A program made the translations under genes and the position numbers. Below are positions 23,748 to 37,734 of a stretch of DNA of 53,895 bases, one piece after another (positions within the stretch are counted from its first letter, which is position 1; each line of letters starts with the position of its first letter). Source of the DNA: Azolla caroliniana (Eukaryota; Plantae; Polypodiophyta); contig JBHGNT010000201.1 of assembly GCA_043228905.1 (NCBI GenBank), positions 1 to 53,895 of the forward strand, in the 5' to 3' direction. The notes beneath the pieces are model-generated. The model had not been told where the DNA came from. It saw only the letters and a program-made list of their open reading frames with translations, and searched no databases.

Positions 23748-25700
23748 ATGGTAGTTCTGTCTTCTGTTGAGAATCTTGCCTATATATTAAGAAAATACTC
23801 ACTAGAGCCATATAAAACCAATGGTTTTCTCCTTTCATTTTACCCTTACCTTCACCAATGTGGCAGAGCAGCTCATACATTGCTCGGAAATCAAATCATG
23901 GAAACATTTGGCCAAAATGACTTCAAAAAATTGGCCTCTCCGAATGAATTCTGGTATGATTCACTAATAACTAGTTATATACAAAATGCGCAATGGAAAG
24001 ATGCTTTTGAACTATGTGTGAAATTGCCTTTGGGTTCTCTATTACATCTAGATGAACGTGCATTTGTTTTCTTGTTGAAAGCATGTGCATCTGTAAGACA
24101 GGCAACATTTGGTTGCAGAATTCATGCTCATCTTGGTTCGAAGGAAACCAATATTTTCGTTGGAACTGCGCTTATAGACATGTATGCTAAATGTGGTATG
24201 CTTGAAAAAACACGAGATATCTTTGATAAACTTATTGATCGAGATGTGGTCACTTGGAATGCTTTGATTTCTGGATATGCCCAGCATGCATGCGGTGAAG
24301 AAGCTCTCGAATGTTATGAAAAGATGCAAGTTCAAGGTATCTCTCCGGATTCTGTAACATTTGCTTGCACCTTGAAAGCATGTGGAAGCATTGGAGCGAA
24401 AGTTAAAGGAGCACAAATACATGCTGATGTTGAAAGAAGAGGATTATTTGGTAATATCATCGTTGGAAATGCATTAGTAGACATGTATGCGAAATGTGGG
24501 TCACTTACGAAAGCACAAGATGTGTTTAACATGCTTCCTTTCCGTAATGTGGTCTCATGGACAGCATTGATTGGAGGATATGCACAATATAATCAAGGTC
24601 AAGAAGCATTGAATTGTTTCGAACAAATGAAATCACAAGGTCTCTCTCCAGATGCTATCACATATGCGTGTTGCTTGAAAGCATGTGGTAGCCTTGGTGC
24701 TCTAGACATAGGTACAGAGATGCATTCAGATATTGAAAGACAAAGGTCGTTGAAAAGAGGCCTTCTGGTTAGTAATGCACTTATTGATATGTATGCCAAG
24801 TGTGGTTTTCTTGTAAAAGCACAAGAAGTGTTTGACATGCTTCCGATTCGCGATGTAATCTCTTGGACTACATTGATTTCAGGTTATGTTCAACAAGATC
24901 AAGGAGAAGAAGCCATTGAATGTTTTGAAAAAATGAAGGTGCAAGATGTATTGCCAAATGATGTCACATTTTCATGTATAATGAAAGCCTGTGGAGCCAT
25001 TGGAGCACTAGACAAGGGCAAAGAAATACATGCTGAGATTGAACAAAAAGGGTTATTGATGAGAAGCCAACTTATTGGCAATGCTTTGGTTGACATGTAT
25101 GCCAAGTGCGGCATGCTAATAAAAGCTCGGGAAGTGTTTGAAAACCTTCCTGCTCGTGATGTGGTCTCGTGGACTGTACTAATTACAGGATATGCTCAAG
25201 TTGGAGAGGTCAACAACGTTCTTGCCATCTTTGATAGAATGCTTGGTGAAGGTACCAAGCCAAACCTTGTTACATTTGTTGGCATACTTAATGTATGTAG
25301 CCATTCAGGTCTTATAGATATGGGGCTCTCATACATTGAAGCAATGAAGAATGAGTATGGTTTAACACCGACTCTTGAACATCATACATGTATAGTTGAT
25401 ATTCTTGGACGTGCAGGGCAGATAGATAAGGCTGTGAGAGTAATGAAGAGAATGCCATCATATCCTAATATTGTTTTATGGTTGACCATACTGGGTGCTT
25501 GTAAAAAGTGGGGGAATGTGGAGCTTGGGAGCCATGCTTTTGAACAAGCATTGCTATTGGATGAAAAGGAGACGTCGGCCTATGTTTCCATGTACAACAT
25601 CTCTATTGAATTCAGCATTCAAGCCAATGCTGAAGAGGTGGAAGCAATGAGATTGACGGGAATAAAAATGGAAGCTCCAAATATGTTGTTTGTGGATTAA
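23748..25700 (+). CDS. PLS-class pentatricopeptide repeat protein with C-terminal E extension, no DYW domain
   Basis: 650-aa ORF with repeated ALVDMYAKCG / VSWTALIGGY / TFACTLKACG triplets, ending HHTCIVDILGRAG...WLTILGACKKWGNVELG...SAYVSMYNI. True start codon uncertain. Confidence 0.93.
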   Translation: MVVLSSVENLAYILRKYSLEPYKTNGFLLSFYPYLHQCGRAAHTLLGNQIMETFGQNDFKKLASPNEFWYDSLITSYIQNAQWKDAFELCVKLPLGSLLHLDERAFVFLLKACASVRQATFGCRIHAHLGSKETNIFVGTALIDMYAKCGMLEKTRDIFDKLIDRDVVTWNALISGYAQHACGEEALECYEKMQVQGISPDSVTFACTLKACGSIGAKVKGAQIHADVERRGLFGNIIVGNALVDMYAKCGSLTKAQDVFNMLPFRNVVSWTALIGGYAQYNQGQEALNCFEQMKSQGLSPDAITYACCLKACGSLGALDIGTEMHSDIERQRSLKRGLLVSNALIDMYAKCGFLVKAQEVFDMLPIRDVISWTTLISGYVQQDQGEEAIECFEKMKVQDVLPNDVTFSCIMKACGAIGALDKGKEIHAEIEQKGLLMRSQLIGNALVDMYAKCGMLIKAREVFENLPARDVVSWTVLITGYAQVGEVNNVLAIFDRMLGEGTKPNLVTFVGILNVCSHSGLIDMGLSYIEAMKNEYGLTPTLEHHTCIVDILGRAGQIDKAVRVMKRMPSYPNIVLWLTILGACKKWGNVELGSHAFEQALLLDEKETSAYVSMYNISIEFSIQANAEEVEAMRLTGIKMEAPNMLFVD

Positions 25701-26359
25701 TGAGATTTTGAATGTCTTTCAGTGGAGTGTCAGAAAAAATTATGAATCCTCACCAATACATAACAAAACTGGTTACGAGTTACATGGTATCCCTATCCCA
25801 TTCATACTTATCATAAACAAATAAAAGACACCTCATACCTTATTTGTTTAAAAAAATCAATGTAAAAAGGCAGTTTAATGCATCTGATCTGTTGCAAGTA
25901 TCAGAATAGAACTAAATCTTATTTGGCTTCGAATTTAAATGGTACTCAACCAAAATATATCTTATGGAAGTTTAAAAAAAATTGTGAACTTGGTTTTTTT
26001 GTATATATTTAGTAACATGATATTTCCATAGAACTTGGACTAAACAGGAATACACTGCAAAATAAGATGCTTAGATAACAAAGCAAAATAACAAAAACAT
26101 GGATACCTCCCATATAACTGTGGTTTTTTTTATTGTGTGATAATATCCCATGTGAACAACAATGCAAACTAACCCAGATGTGTCCATGAGAATAGGAAAC
26201 AGACAGACCCAGCCCTATTATCTCCTTCATATCATATATATTTCAAGTGCAAAAGATATGCATTATCCTTGTTATCAACCTGCAATCTTCCACTCTTCTA
26301 GTGCACATCTCAGGTTTGACATTCAATAATTAATAGTTTTATGTACAAGATGAGTGTTA

Positions 26360-26830
26360 ACAAGACCTTTACTGCTGGAAGTTGCCAGAAAACAGTTCCA
26401 AGTTACACAAATCACTGCAGCAATAAGGAAAGAATCTAATAATGATTTTTCCCAAAAGAGGGCTGAGTCTTCTGCCCAAATTCTTTTATGTACAAGATGG
26501 GCGTCAACAAGATAGATTACAAGACCTTTATTACTGGAAATTTCCAGAAAACAGTTCAAGTTACACAAATCTCTGGAGAAATAAGAAAAGAATCTAATAA
26601 TGATTTCCCAAAAGAGCTGGGCTGAGTTTTCTTTCCCAATTTCTTTATCATATTTCATGATTCTAATGTACATGGAAAAACAGCCATGATATAAATTACA
26701 AGACCTTCAAAACTGGAAAATTGCCCAAAATTGCTGCATCTGTAACCAAACAACTTTTGCATATCTCCGCAGCAAGAAGAATAGAATCTAACAATGCTTC
26801 TCCAAAAAGAGCTGCTAAGTCTTTTACTCC
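26360..26830 (-). repeat. Three diverged ~130-bp copies of the end of the last coding exon
   Basis: acaagacctt...ctggaa...agaatctaa(t/c)aatg...ccaaaagag...gct(g/a)agt at ~26360, ~26519 and ~26698 (the coding copy). Confidence 0.8.
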
Positions 26831-29800
26831 TCTCCTTTCAACATCACGTGTTGTTATATGATCAATTGCTCTTGTTGTAATTTCTTCTTTAGAGTCAGAG
26901 CTGGCAAAAACTAGCCTAAGTTGCTTTCCCTCTTTTATGATAGAATCCAATAATGATATCCGACCAATATTAGAGCCATCATGCAATTTTTGTGCCACCT
27001 GAAATAAAGCTCATCAGCCAAATTTACTTTATATAATAATCTTAGGTTGATACTGATAATAGCTCACAATGAACATATAGAACATAAACGCTGTATACCA
27101 TTTGTATTTTAGAGAAGAGAACATGAGGCGTGGGATTATGTTGGCTCCTTTCACACTATGACAGGAAGAGAGAAACACATGCTGTTTGAACCAGATGTCT
27201 CACAATTCAAAAGACTCATTCACCCTGGGTGGCAGAAGAAGCAATCTCGTGTTTTTTCCTCTACCTACTTTGTGATTCAGTTGAAAAAAACCAATCCTAA
27301 AAAAGTTTCGGGGTGGAAGATGAATAAATTTTCTTTTCATGGCTTGTTTGTGTATAGAGAAGAAATTTTCTTTTCATGGCTTGTTTGTTTAATCGTTCGA
27401 GTACTATTGTGGTAGTCTCTGGCTCCAACAAGCCCCAATTCCAAGGAGCCTTCAATTCTAGCAAGCATTATTTCACATAAAAGGGAATTTACAAGAGACA
27501 AACCACAAAGAGGTTTTAAGTCTTCTTACATGGCATCACGCTCTCCTTGGTTCAGGGCCCCCACGGTCCCGCTCGAATAGCACATTCATGACAACGCCAA
27601 AATGGCTTAAAAGAGATCACATCTTAAACTGTTGTCTCATCTTTGAGAACAACTAAACTAAATGTAACTAAATAAAAATACAAGTGACTAGAGAATCCCA
27701 ATGTCTACACATGTAAGATTCTCAAGTAAAAAATATTGCAATTTTTCCATCAAAAGATTGCTAGAAGAGAGAGTTCTCCAAAGTGAGGGAAGCGCTTCCA
27801 ATGGCAGGAGATAATCACCCTTTATCAATTGATGACAAGGGTGGTGAGATCATGGTCCATGAGGCCAGGGCCAATGTGCATGACAAATTGCTATTGTATA
27901 TTCTCACATGTTATTAACAAATGAGTTTCATGCTTAAGCCTTATTGAGGCACTAATCAACTTCTTGGTTTAGATAAGCACTTAAGAGAGGAGAGGTGAGG
28001 AAGAGTCTGCCTACATATAGGAGTTCTGTCTAATCAAGATATAGGAGTGTTCATAGCTTGAGAGTGCTTGACAACTCAACCGTTTCGCAAATGAAAGGGT
28101 ATTCAATGATCTGGCCCCTACATAAGAGAAAGAACTCCAACCAAAAGGAAGATGTGCACTTGGTGTAATAAACCTAGAGACGAATCATGTATGCCTATAC
28201 ACGAGGGCCTGATAATAAATCCATCCTCCGATGTGTAGAAGTGTAATTTATAGTGGGCCATATTCCTACAATGAGATGTTGTGGGGCTGATCCATGTTCT
28301 CCCATTATTCAATTTAATAATATCCATGTTTCAGCATATCAACAATGATTATCTCCAAGTTCAGGAAGTTGTTTTGATAGCATAAGAGGCTCTTGGAATT
28401 GTATATGTGCACATTGTCTTTGAAGAACATTAAGGGCTGCATATTCATGAGAAAGTCCAGCACAGGCAGCCTCCTGGAAGGAGAACCAAGAAAGAGAGGC
28501 CATGATATTTCCCATGATAAAAAAGGTAAAGAGATGAGAGAGAGAGAGAGAGGCTATGCCATGATATACATGAAATGAAGAGCAAGAAAACTTTCTTCGA
28601 CCTCTAAGTGATAAAAAACCTCCATTATGGTGTGAAAGGACCTTATCAGCAAAGACTTAAATGTTATGCCTGGTGATGAAAAGATAATTCTTTTATAGTT
28701 TAGATTCAAAGAGGAACGATGCTTTAATTTCTGTAAGCAATGTAAAATTTTATACCTCCACAATTCTTTGATGCAGTCGCATCACTGACTCACAAAGCTG
28801 TTTAAGTATTGACATAATATTCCACAGTGCATCATTTTCAGCTTGCAACCTTCAAAAACATCAAGAGCTGTGTCTAAATAACAGCTCTTATTTGAAATAG
28901 CATTACCATTTTGAGAATGGATTTCTGAACATACCTTGCCATACCAAAATCCCCTCGTATTCTAGTTGATTGAGAACCCACATCCTTTGACCAATATTTT
29001 GATATCCAATAACTAGAAATATTGCTAAGGGCATTTCCCTGTATTTCACTGTGTTCTTTGAAAGACTCTCTTAGAGTTGGAGCCCTGCTCCAACTCCATT
29101 TAGCAGGCACACTTCCTTCATCATTACTTTGTGGGGGCATATTTTCAGCTAGTTTCGGTGTTCTATTTCCCACACTCTTACTCCAAGTTGGTGAAAACAG
29201 TTGATCGTCTTGATTGGCAGTGTGACTATACTTGATATAGGGTAAAATCCCAAAAGTGTATATGATTTATTATTAATCAGTACTGTTTTAAGAAGGGCAA
29301 AATGCCAAAATACCCTCAACTTTTTGGATGTTTTACCAGAATACTCTTGAGTTTAAACAATTATCAGAATACCCATCTGTAATAAATATTTTAAAACTTG
29401 GGCATATTCTGGTAAAAACCAAAAATATTAGTGGTGTTTTGAAGCTTCCCTGTTTTTTGATACTATCATTTGCCATTTTGAGGAAAGTACAATACGCACA
29501 AGTGCTGTTCCGGTATTTTTTGATATTCTCCCCAAAGGTTTGCAAGTTCCATTAGCACATTTGCTTTATCAGTTGTAACCTAAACCATGAAAAAATTATA
29601 AAAAAGCCTTCATATTATAAGCTGCTATTCACATTTACAAACCTGCAAGAGTTGCTTTTGCAATTCAACAATTTGAGATTTTTGAGAGCTGATTGTTTCC
29701 TCATTTAAAATGCCTTTTTCTTCTTGTTGAGCTAAGAGCAAAAGTGCGGCTACCTGATCAATAAAATGCAAAGGGAGAAATGATTAACTACCTGATTAAC

Positions 29801-32800
29801 ATGATTAGATTATTTTGATGCATATATTACCTTCTCTTGTAGAGCAAGAGCCAATGCTTCCTTGGTTTCCAGAATCTGCAAGTCAGAATCCTGTTCCGAT
29901 GCATTTCTGCTGCCTTTGTGGTTCTCCTGAGAAAGCAATATTATCAATCCTCACTTGCTACAGAGAACTGTGACCACGCAAGTCTGCAAACACATCAAAC
30001 CTCTGAAAACAAATCTCAACTTTTCCTGCATTATAGCAGTCCTGTCTATGTTTCGCATAGTGCAATTAACTGTAAATAGGAATAGGGTAAATAGATCGGC
30101 TTTCAGAAAGTTTGGCTTGACAACTTTCCTTTCTATTTTCCGTGTTTAGTACAAAACTTTGAGAGCATTATCAGAACGAGTCGTTTCATCTTCTGGGTGA
30201 AATTAAATCAACACTGGAGGAGATCAGATATAAATAAAATGCTCAAAAACTATCCCCACCATGGTAATGTTGCTACTGAAAATCTCTCTATGGAGCAAAG
30301 CATCAAATGTGATAGTTGAACAATAAATATTTAGAAACATTACCTCAGAAACATCACCAAGGAAGTCTCTTCTCTCAGACAAATGATTGATAATGCCATT
30401 TGTCGTTTGTTGCCTCAACTGCAAAGTTTGAGACAATGATCTAGCACATTCTACTCCTTTCAATGATTTCATCATTTCTAGATGTTGATCTTCCACAATC
30501 TTTTTTGATGCAGCTGCCTGAGTGAAACAAGAACTGGTATTTATGTGATTGATGAATATCTGGAGGTATGAAAATCAAAATATGAATATAAAACTCACTT
30601 CTTCTAGTTCTTTTTCCAAACTAGATATCAAAGCAATAGATGCCTGATACTTTTCCTGTAATAAAGCCTGCATTGAAACATCCAATAGTTGAAGCAGAAT
30701 CCAACTACAAAAAGAAGTCATAGAATGTTATTAAAAAGGAGAGTAGCAATAATCATATTTGAACCCTTTTTTTACCATCACTATTTCTCCTTCTTTAACT
30801 TGACCATATAGAATCTCTAATTCGTTTCCATTATCTCTATACATCCAGTTATTTTGTGAATCTCCCAGCAAAACCATCGATTTTTCATTATAGCCTTCAA
30901 GGTGTTCTAATTCACACTCCCTGCTCCGAATTTCCCAAAAAAAATCCACAACCTACATGACAGTTAGTGGATCACAAAACGTGTTTAGCTAGATATTTCT
31001 TTTATAACCCAGAACTGATCCACAAATCTTGACAGTACTTTTCTCAGGTTATGAGCCTCAAATGCCAGTAGTTCCATCCTGTACACATGCAAAAATAAAT
31101 TAAATATATCTGTACACATGACAATTAGATGTATACAGAAGAATAAGCATGCACATGCATACCATTTTATATAATCAGCATGCATGGCTATGGCTGTTAA
31201 TGGGGTTAATTGATGAAAAGAGATGAATCTATTATAATAAAGTTACAGGGAAAATCTTTATGATTCAATTAAAGACTTTAAGCTACCTGTCCTCTAACTG
31301 GTTTACTTTTTCAGACAACTCTTTCTCTCTCATTTGATATGTTTCCACCTAGCAAACATCAATAGAACTTGAAACTTTAAAACAAATCAATAAACTTCAT
31401 TGCTGGAAGAATATGCAAATAATTTGATATGATCTAACCTGTAAAACAGCGTTGTCCCTCTCCCTAAAAGCATTTGCAACTTCAGTCTGGAAAAACTTCT
31501 TATTATTTTCTAGCTCAACGTTCTAACATAAAACCATGTGATTAGTTTTTTAGGACAACTCAGAATTCATAAATAATTAATGCTTACTATTTTTATAAAA
31601 ACATAGCTCATATTAACACTACATAAAGTTCATCAGAATTTTTGTATGGCCTAATTCTGAAGTAGAAAACCTAGCAGCATAACACAGAGTAAAACTGTTA
31701 ATGAGACTTAATAATGGGTTGAGGTGATCAGAAAGCAAGACAAACAAGATGAAGAAGAGAAAAGAATTTTGCGGTCACAAAGACATCAAAGCCAGAAGCA
31801 TCATGGCTCACTCCTACCTGGACTTCAATCATGGCAAAGATGAATTTGGTTCAAGGACTTAAATGGTCAGAGATGTTTGGGGCTGTTTCTACTAGAGATT
31901 CATAGATGTAGATAGTCTCCCCTTCAGAGCAGCCGATCAGCAGGGGCTATAAAAAGATAGGTGATTAGTTTTTTGAGAAGTCTCTGTCAAGAAACTCCAT
32001 GCAGGCAAAATCATCACCTCATAGAGGGATATTGCTCGACTAAGCAGATTATTTGGAGCACTCCAGATACTTGAGGATACACATATTATCAGTGGATACA
32101 TCATACCATTGCCCAAGATTGGGCATGATCTCCCAGGCAGTTCACTGTAGAGGACATTGATGTCATAAGGCATCATCCTCTGAGAGCATTCCTGTCCTGA
32201 TCCACCCACATTCTACCTTTCCTAGATATGTATTTATTTATTTTGTACAGTGTATCATCTGTTACGTGTATCTGCGGTTCTTATATCGTTGTAATATGAT
32301 CACACGTTACTTACATATGGAAACTACAGAGTTTAAATACAATTTATTTTTCCTTTCTTTTACTTGATATCTATATAATTTACATGGATGAAACTTTTGG
32401 ATTAATGATTGACAGAAAATCAAGCAATGTTGTAGATCCTTACTTTTGTCTCATAAACCTCCTCTAATTCAGTTTGCAATTGGTCATTTCTCTTTGTGCT
32501 TTCATCCAATTTCTGCTTACCGACTTCCAGCTCCAGCTTCAGCGTGTTGATCCTGATGTAAAAAATCCAAACGTTCAGCAAAATAGATTGCAATGTATGA
32601 AAGCTAATTCCAGCTGTTGTAATGTAGTTAAGGATAAAGAATTTTAATTATGCCCAAACTACAGCAAATGACTAGAAAATTGTGCAGGTCTCCAAGGATT
32701 ACTACCCATACACATCTTCATAAGCCCAAGTGTGAGCTCAAACTCACAAATTCCCAAGAAAATCAATCCCCAGAAAATGCACAAACACAAACCACTGACT

Positions 32801-35800
32801 ATTACTGAGAACACAATAGAGAGAAATAAACAGCTCTGATCATGGAAGACAGTTATAAAACCGAAATGCAAGGCAAAACAGAACTCTCATGAAGTTGAAT
32901 AAATGATTCTTTTTCAAGGTAATCAAGTGGTGAAATTCTTCCTTCCCCTTCACCATATTTTATTGGGAAATTAAGAAGAGTTCTTGTCAAAATAGATAAA
33001 AATAACATAAATTTGTATTTTCATCTAACACTATAGTATAAGCAAGGAATAAAAAACAAGATAAAACTATATCTAACCTTCGTTCTTGAATCTGAGAGAG
33101 AACGTCAGATTTAATGGACATCCCAGATTGTTGCATACATAGTTGCTCAATATCCAGTTGAAGCTCATCACGCTCTGCATTTTATTAAAATTTTGTCTTT
33201 TAACAATCCAACTCTTAAATGTATCAGAGTTTAGATATGTCATTGTTTTCTTTGCTTCAATTTTTTTTAAACAAATTTCCCAACTTTAATTTGATTTTCC
33301 ATCCTATGAATTTTAACTTCTATACAGTAATAAGAACAAATGGTGTTTACTTTCTGCTACCCTTTTCCTCTTGCAATCCATCCTACTCGTTTTCTACCTT
33401 TCCATTACAAACTTTTCTGTTCTGTAGGGAGTAGCCTCCTTTGAAATAGTGAGGCGTTTCTTTAAAGTCTTACTGAATACTAATTCACAATTAATCCTTG
33501 AATTTTCATAAGAACTCCATGAAGAAGCTCTATTTCATAATACAGTTGAAAAACTACTTTTTCTTTAGTTTGCAAAAATCATGGATAGAATGGTATAAGG
33601 CCATCTACTCAAATTTTAAGAAAAAGTTGAAGCTCAGACTAGTCTAGGTTCATTTTTTATTAAGATTGATTCCTATCACTTCCAGATAATAACTATTATC
33701 ATGTGACCTTTCAAACTTTAAACGTTCTGGATAAGTCACGCATAGAACCTTCACAAATGAAGGTTGAACACTATACGACTATCATTTTGCCTTGCCACAG
33801 CATATTACTTCTTTTCCTTTGATGATTTAGTCATGGGATGTTTAACTTGAAAGGTGATCAATAGGGTGTGCTGTTAGATATAGCCAATGATCAACCCCAA
33901 GTTTTCAATTTATCCTTAGATGTATTCTTATAGTGCACATTTTGTGATAGCGCCCCAAATGAGTAGTTGTAAAACCTGATCAAACGGATCAATGAGGTGT
34001 CAATGTGGGAAACCATAGATGAGTCAGACAGAATATATTTAGGAAAGAGGGAAGTAGGGTAATGGGATCGACTAGTCAGGTCAACTAGAAGTATATTTTA
34101 TGTTGGCAGGTTAAGATGTACGTAGTCTTCAAGTATGTGCCATTGACTTTAAGATAAGTACTCTATAGCATTAGCTTATATCTAGGTCATATTAAATCAC
34201 AAGTCAATAGACAGAAAAGGAATATCCCCACTACTATCAACTAACTTGAATTTGACAATAAGACCAAACCACAGAATATAAATATTCACCCTCTTTTTCT
34301 TACACTTAGATGTTGTGATTATTATCTGTGTCAACTGACTCTGTAGTCGACTAGTCCAAATCCCATCTAAGGTTGAAGATGTGAGCACACAAGAGAACTA
34401 CCATTATACACTACTCTCATATGCAATAGAAAGTTTGTATTGACACATATACATCTCTATGAGTGTAACTCTATATGCCTATCTAGTCGATTCTCAATAT
34501 TTCCAACATAGTATCAAAGCTGAGAGTTTGATCTAGATTAAGTCTATAGAGGTAGTCGTCTATCACCATAGAGTACAAAGACAGTATCAAGGGCCTGATC
34601 CACAAATGTTGCAGTTGCTCCACTACGCATTCACCTGCCTCCATTGCCTGAAGAAAAGCTAGATGGAACCAACTACACTCTATGGAAAGTTCAAAATATC
34701 CACCATTTTGGATTCTGAATCATTGGAGACAGTCATGCAACCCACGGGGGGAGACCCTATGCCCATACTGAGATTTGATCCTACACACCTTACCACATCA
34801 AAATCTCCAAATGTTGCCGTACTTCGAGCCTGGAAGAGAAGGACTGCTGATGCACGATGTACCATTGTCACTGGTGTATGTGACTCTGTACTAACAGTAG
34901 TGCAACATACAACCAAGGCACATGAAGCCTGGAGCATACTGGCCAGCCAGCATGAGATCGGGAACTATACAAGGATACAAAACCTTAAAAATGAGCTCGT
35001 TGATGGAGCGAAAGCGGAATCCTTTGTAAAAAGGATTAAGGATCTTCAAGATCAGCTGGCTGCCATTGGTGTAGCCGTATCTCCAGAGGATACGGCTCAT
35101 CGATGTATTTGAGTACTTCCTTCCAAGTATGATGGTTGGTATTGCAACAACATTGAACACTCAAGTGTGATCCACTCCTTCGAAATTTGACGAACTGACT
35201 GCAATGCTGCTTGAAGAGGAGCTTTGGCTGAAGGCAAGTGAAGGAAGATTTAGTGTTTGTCATCAAGAGTAAAGGGACATCCAATTGGAACAATGCCAAG
35301 AGGATATTGAAGAAGAAGTTTAATGGAACTGCTATTGTGACAAGGGTCACACTATCAAGGATTGTTAGAAGAATATGGCAGATGAGAAGCACAGGTCCAA
35401 GTAAGACTTATTGGAGAAAGCGCAAGTAGGCCAACAATGTCATGGATGAGCTTGAGTTCTCGGTCGTGACTTGAGTTCAGACGATACTCAAGACATTGAC
35501 AACTCGTGGATACTAGACCATCCCGGCATATGACCAGTAACATGACTGGTACAGCTTTTGGACACGTCTACATGAGCCCATCAATGTTGTGGTCAGGAAG
35601 AATGCTCGATGTCCAGCCAGAGGATTGGGAAACATCTCCATCAAAGCAACATATGGTGAAGCAAAGCATATCTCTCAACTTTTGGTACTTTCCATTTCTG
35701 CACTGACTAACAGGGATCTTGATGTTCGATTCAAGAAGTCAGGTGCAGCAATAACGGATTCTGACAGCAAGGTCATAGGAACTGGTGTAAGGCATGATAA

Positions 35801-36338
35801 TAGGAAAGTGGAATCTTACTTACACAGAACCCTGTCTAAATATTTGCTATACAAAAATCCTTCCATATGTAAGCTACTCCACCCAATACTAGATAGATCC
35901 TGTGTAAAGATAAAAAGTCATTTCAGATAAGAATCTCTTAGAAAGTCAGCTCCCTTGGCAAAGAGTTGCGTATGTTATACAAAAGGAGTCCTGTGTTTCT
36001 GAGAATTTACTCTAGTCAGATTAAATATCTGTGCATCAAGTGAAGCTTCTTGATATGTTTGCCTATCTATAAACAACAAGTATCCACTTATCTATAATCA
36101 AGAAAATAATGCATGACATGCAAGAACAATTAAAATATGACCTTATGGCTTCTAAGTTTTAGGCTTTTCAAACTTCAGAAAAAGTAGAAATAAGTTTCTT
36201 AATAATTTCACAGGTAAACTGATACTTCAAACCAAAGTTCACAATACATATAAAGGGAACTTCATTTTGATGAGCACCTCGTTCAAGCTCAGATATTCGT
36301 TTTAGCAAAACTGCAAGGTCAGATGAATTTTCACCCAT
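26696..36338 (-). CDS. Multi-exon coiled-coil protein, resembling Arabidopsis myosin heavy chain-related At2g14680 (MEE13) from memory
   Basis: GT-AG bounded, phase-compatible exons read by hand: 36338-36278 (MGENSSDLAVLLKRISELER), 33174-33078 (ERDELQLDIEQLCMQQ), 32552-32444, ~31522-31439 (NVELENNKKFFQ...AFRERD), ~31348-31287, ~30517-30344, ~29926-29831 (EALALALQEK), ~29753-29643 (VAALLLLAQQEE), 29579-29500, 29225-28935, 28849-28756, 26998-26696. Some middle exons not resolved; UTR exons probably near 39.4-39.6 kb. Confidence 0.8.
34311..35810 (+). mobile_element. Degenerate Ty1/copia remnant (LTR end, decayed PBS, gag, zinc knuckle, protease) inside an intron
   Basis: ...ttccaaca TAGTATCAAAGC (decayed TGGTATCAGAGC) at ~34509; gag-like DARCTIVTGVCDSVL...AHEAWSIL; knuckle-like tgctattgtgac...gattgt; protease-like VDTRPSRHMT; frameshifted. 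Confidence 0.75.
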
Positions 36339-36939
36339 ACCTCCAACTTTCTGTAATAGACAGAACCAAAGTCAAATTCAGTAAAATGCTTATTTATAAA
36401 GATGGAGATATACAATAATTACATTACGAACAGCAAGTTGTTTTACTGATATTATATATAGATAGATTCCAGAACAACCAATAACTGATTTCGAAAGTAC
36501 CTTATACATCTCATAAATTTCTTCGCGGGTAGCTGGCCTAATATAGCCATTACGAAGTGGCATCAATCTCTTAAACAACAATTATGGGAGCAATCCATTG
36601 TGTTTAGAGTCCAGACTTAAATGTAATGATTTAGATTGATAGAAAAACTTCTAAAATATGAGCTTTAAAGGGTTATATCTTCCCTATATGACAAAAGTGT
36701 CCGCGTAACAGCCCTAGGTGCCACGTATTCTGTAATACAAGCTGCCAGCATACTGCCAACCTACTGCCAACCTAGTATGTAATAAGGGTGGAAGCCTAAT
36801 TAGCTTCAAAACACTTTATTTTAATAATAGAAGGGTGTCGTGTCTCACCAAGGGATCATTCCTTACCACTGGAGACCATGTGGAGAGTCAAAGACTTATT
36901 GTAACATTCTCTTTTTTCGTTCTCTCAGGGCATTTGTAC

Positions 36940-37570
36940 ACAAAAACAAGCAAGAGCAACCTTCCAACGCCTCGTGAGGAAGAAGAAGAGATTGTATTTA
37001 GCTAAATTTGAAGATCATTTGTATCACTTGTTTCTAGGACAAGAAAGTAAAAGAGCATGGAAAATGTTTAATGAGACACAACCTACCACACAAGTGACGT
37101 CACCTCAGGTGTGGCATGAATATGCAAAGGTACAACTATATGATATCTTGGGGCAGTCTCCACTTCCCCACCCACATGAATCCACCTTTTTTACTCCACA
37201 AAATGTAGGATGCCATTGATTGGTTACAATTTAGGAAATCCCAAGATCATGATGGATTGGCTGGTGAGCCAATAATCTATGCCCATGACGACATCTTGCT
37301 CCCATTGCTAACACACATCTTAATAGAGATGTGTGAAGGTTTCCCTACTAGATGGACGAACATACCATTGTGCGAATCCTCAAGAGTGGAGATAACATGA
37401 TGCCAAGCAACCATAGGACAATCATGATTGGCCATTACTTGGCTAAACTATATGGTTCAATCCTAGAGTCAGAATTGAGTTTATGACCAAAGCAAAATGG
37501 CTGCCATTCAGCAGGACAGACATGCTTTCGGAAGGGGTTCATAACTTTAAATCACATATTGAACCTCAGG
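36940..37570 (+). mobile_element. Non-LTR retrotransposon (LINE) RT fragment
   Basis: Translates as TIVRILKSGD...SNHRTIMIGHYLAKLYGSILESELS*...GQTCFRKGFITLNHILNLR, matching the N-terminal LINE RT blocks (P..K.GD...NYR.I....K / Q.GFR....DHI). Confidence 0.8.
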
Positions 37571-37734
37571 ATTCTTTAATCTCTTTTTATCTTATTTACT
37601 TCTGTTGAAGAACAATAGTACAACCACATAAGCTAATCAACAAAGAACAATCACAACTTTTATTACCCCATCATTCCTATGCATACAAGTCAATCAAGGG
37701 CTACACGAATGGGATCCCAACCAAAACATAACAA

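Noticed and set aside
27420-28540. Possible LINE remnant in the last intron of the coiled-coil gene
   Set aside because: Composition suggests decayed coding DNA but I could not read a diagnostic motif.
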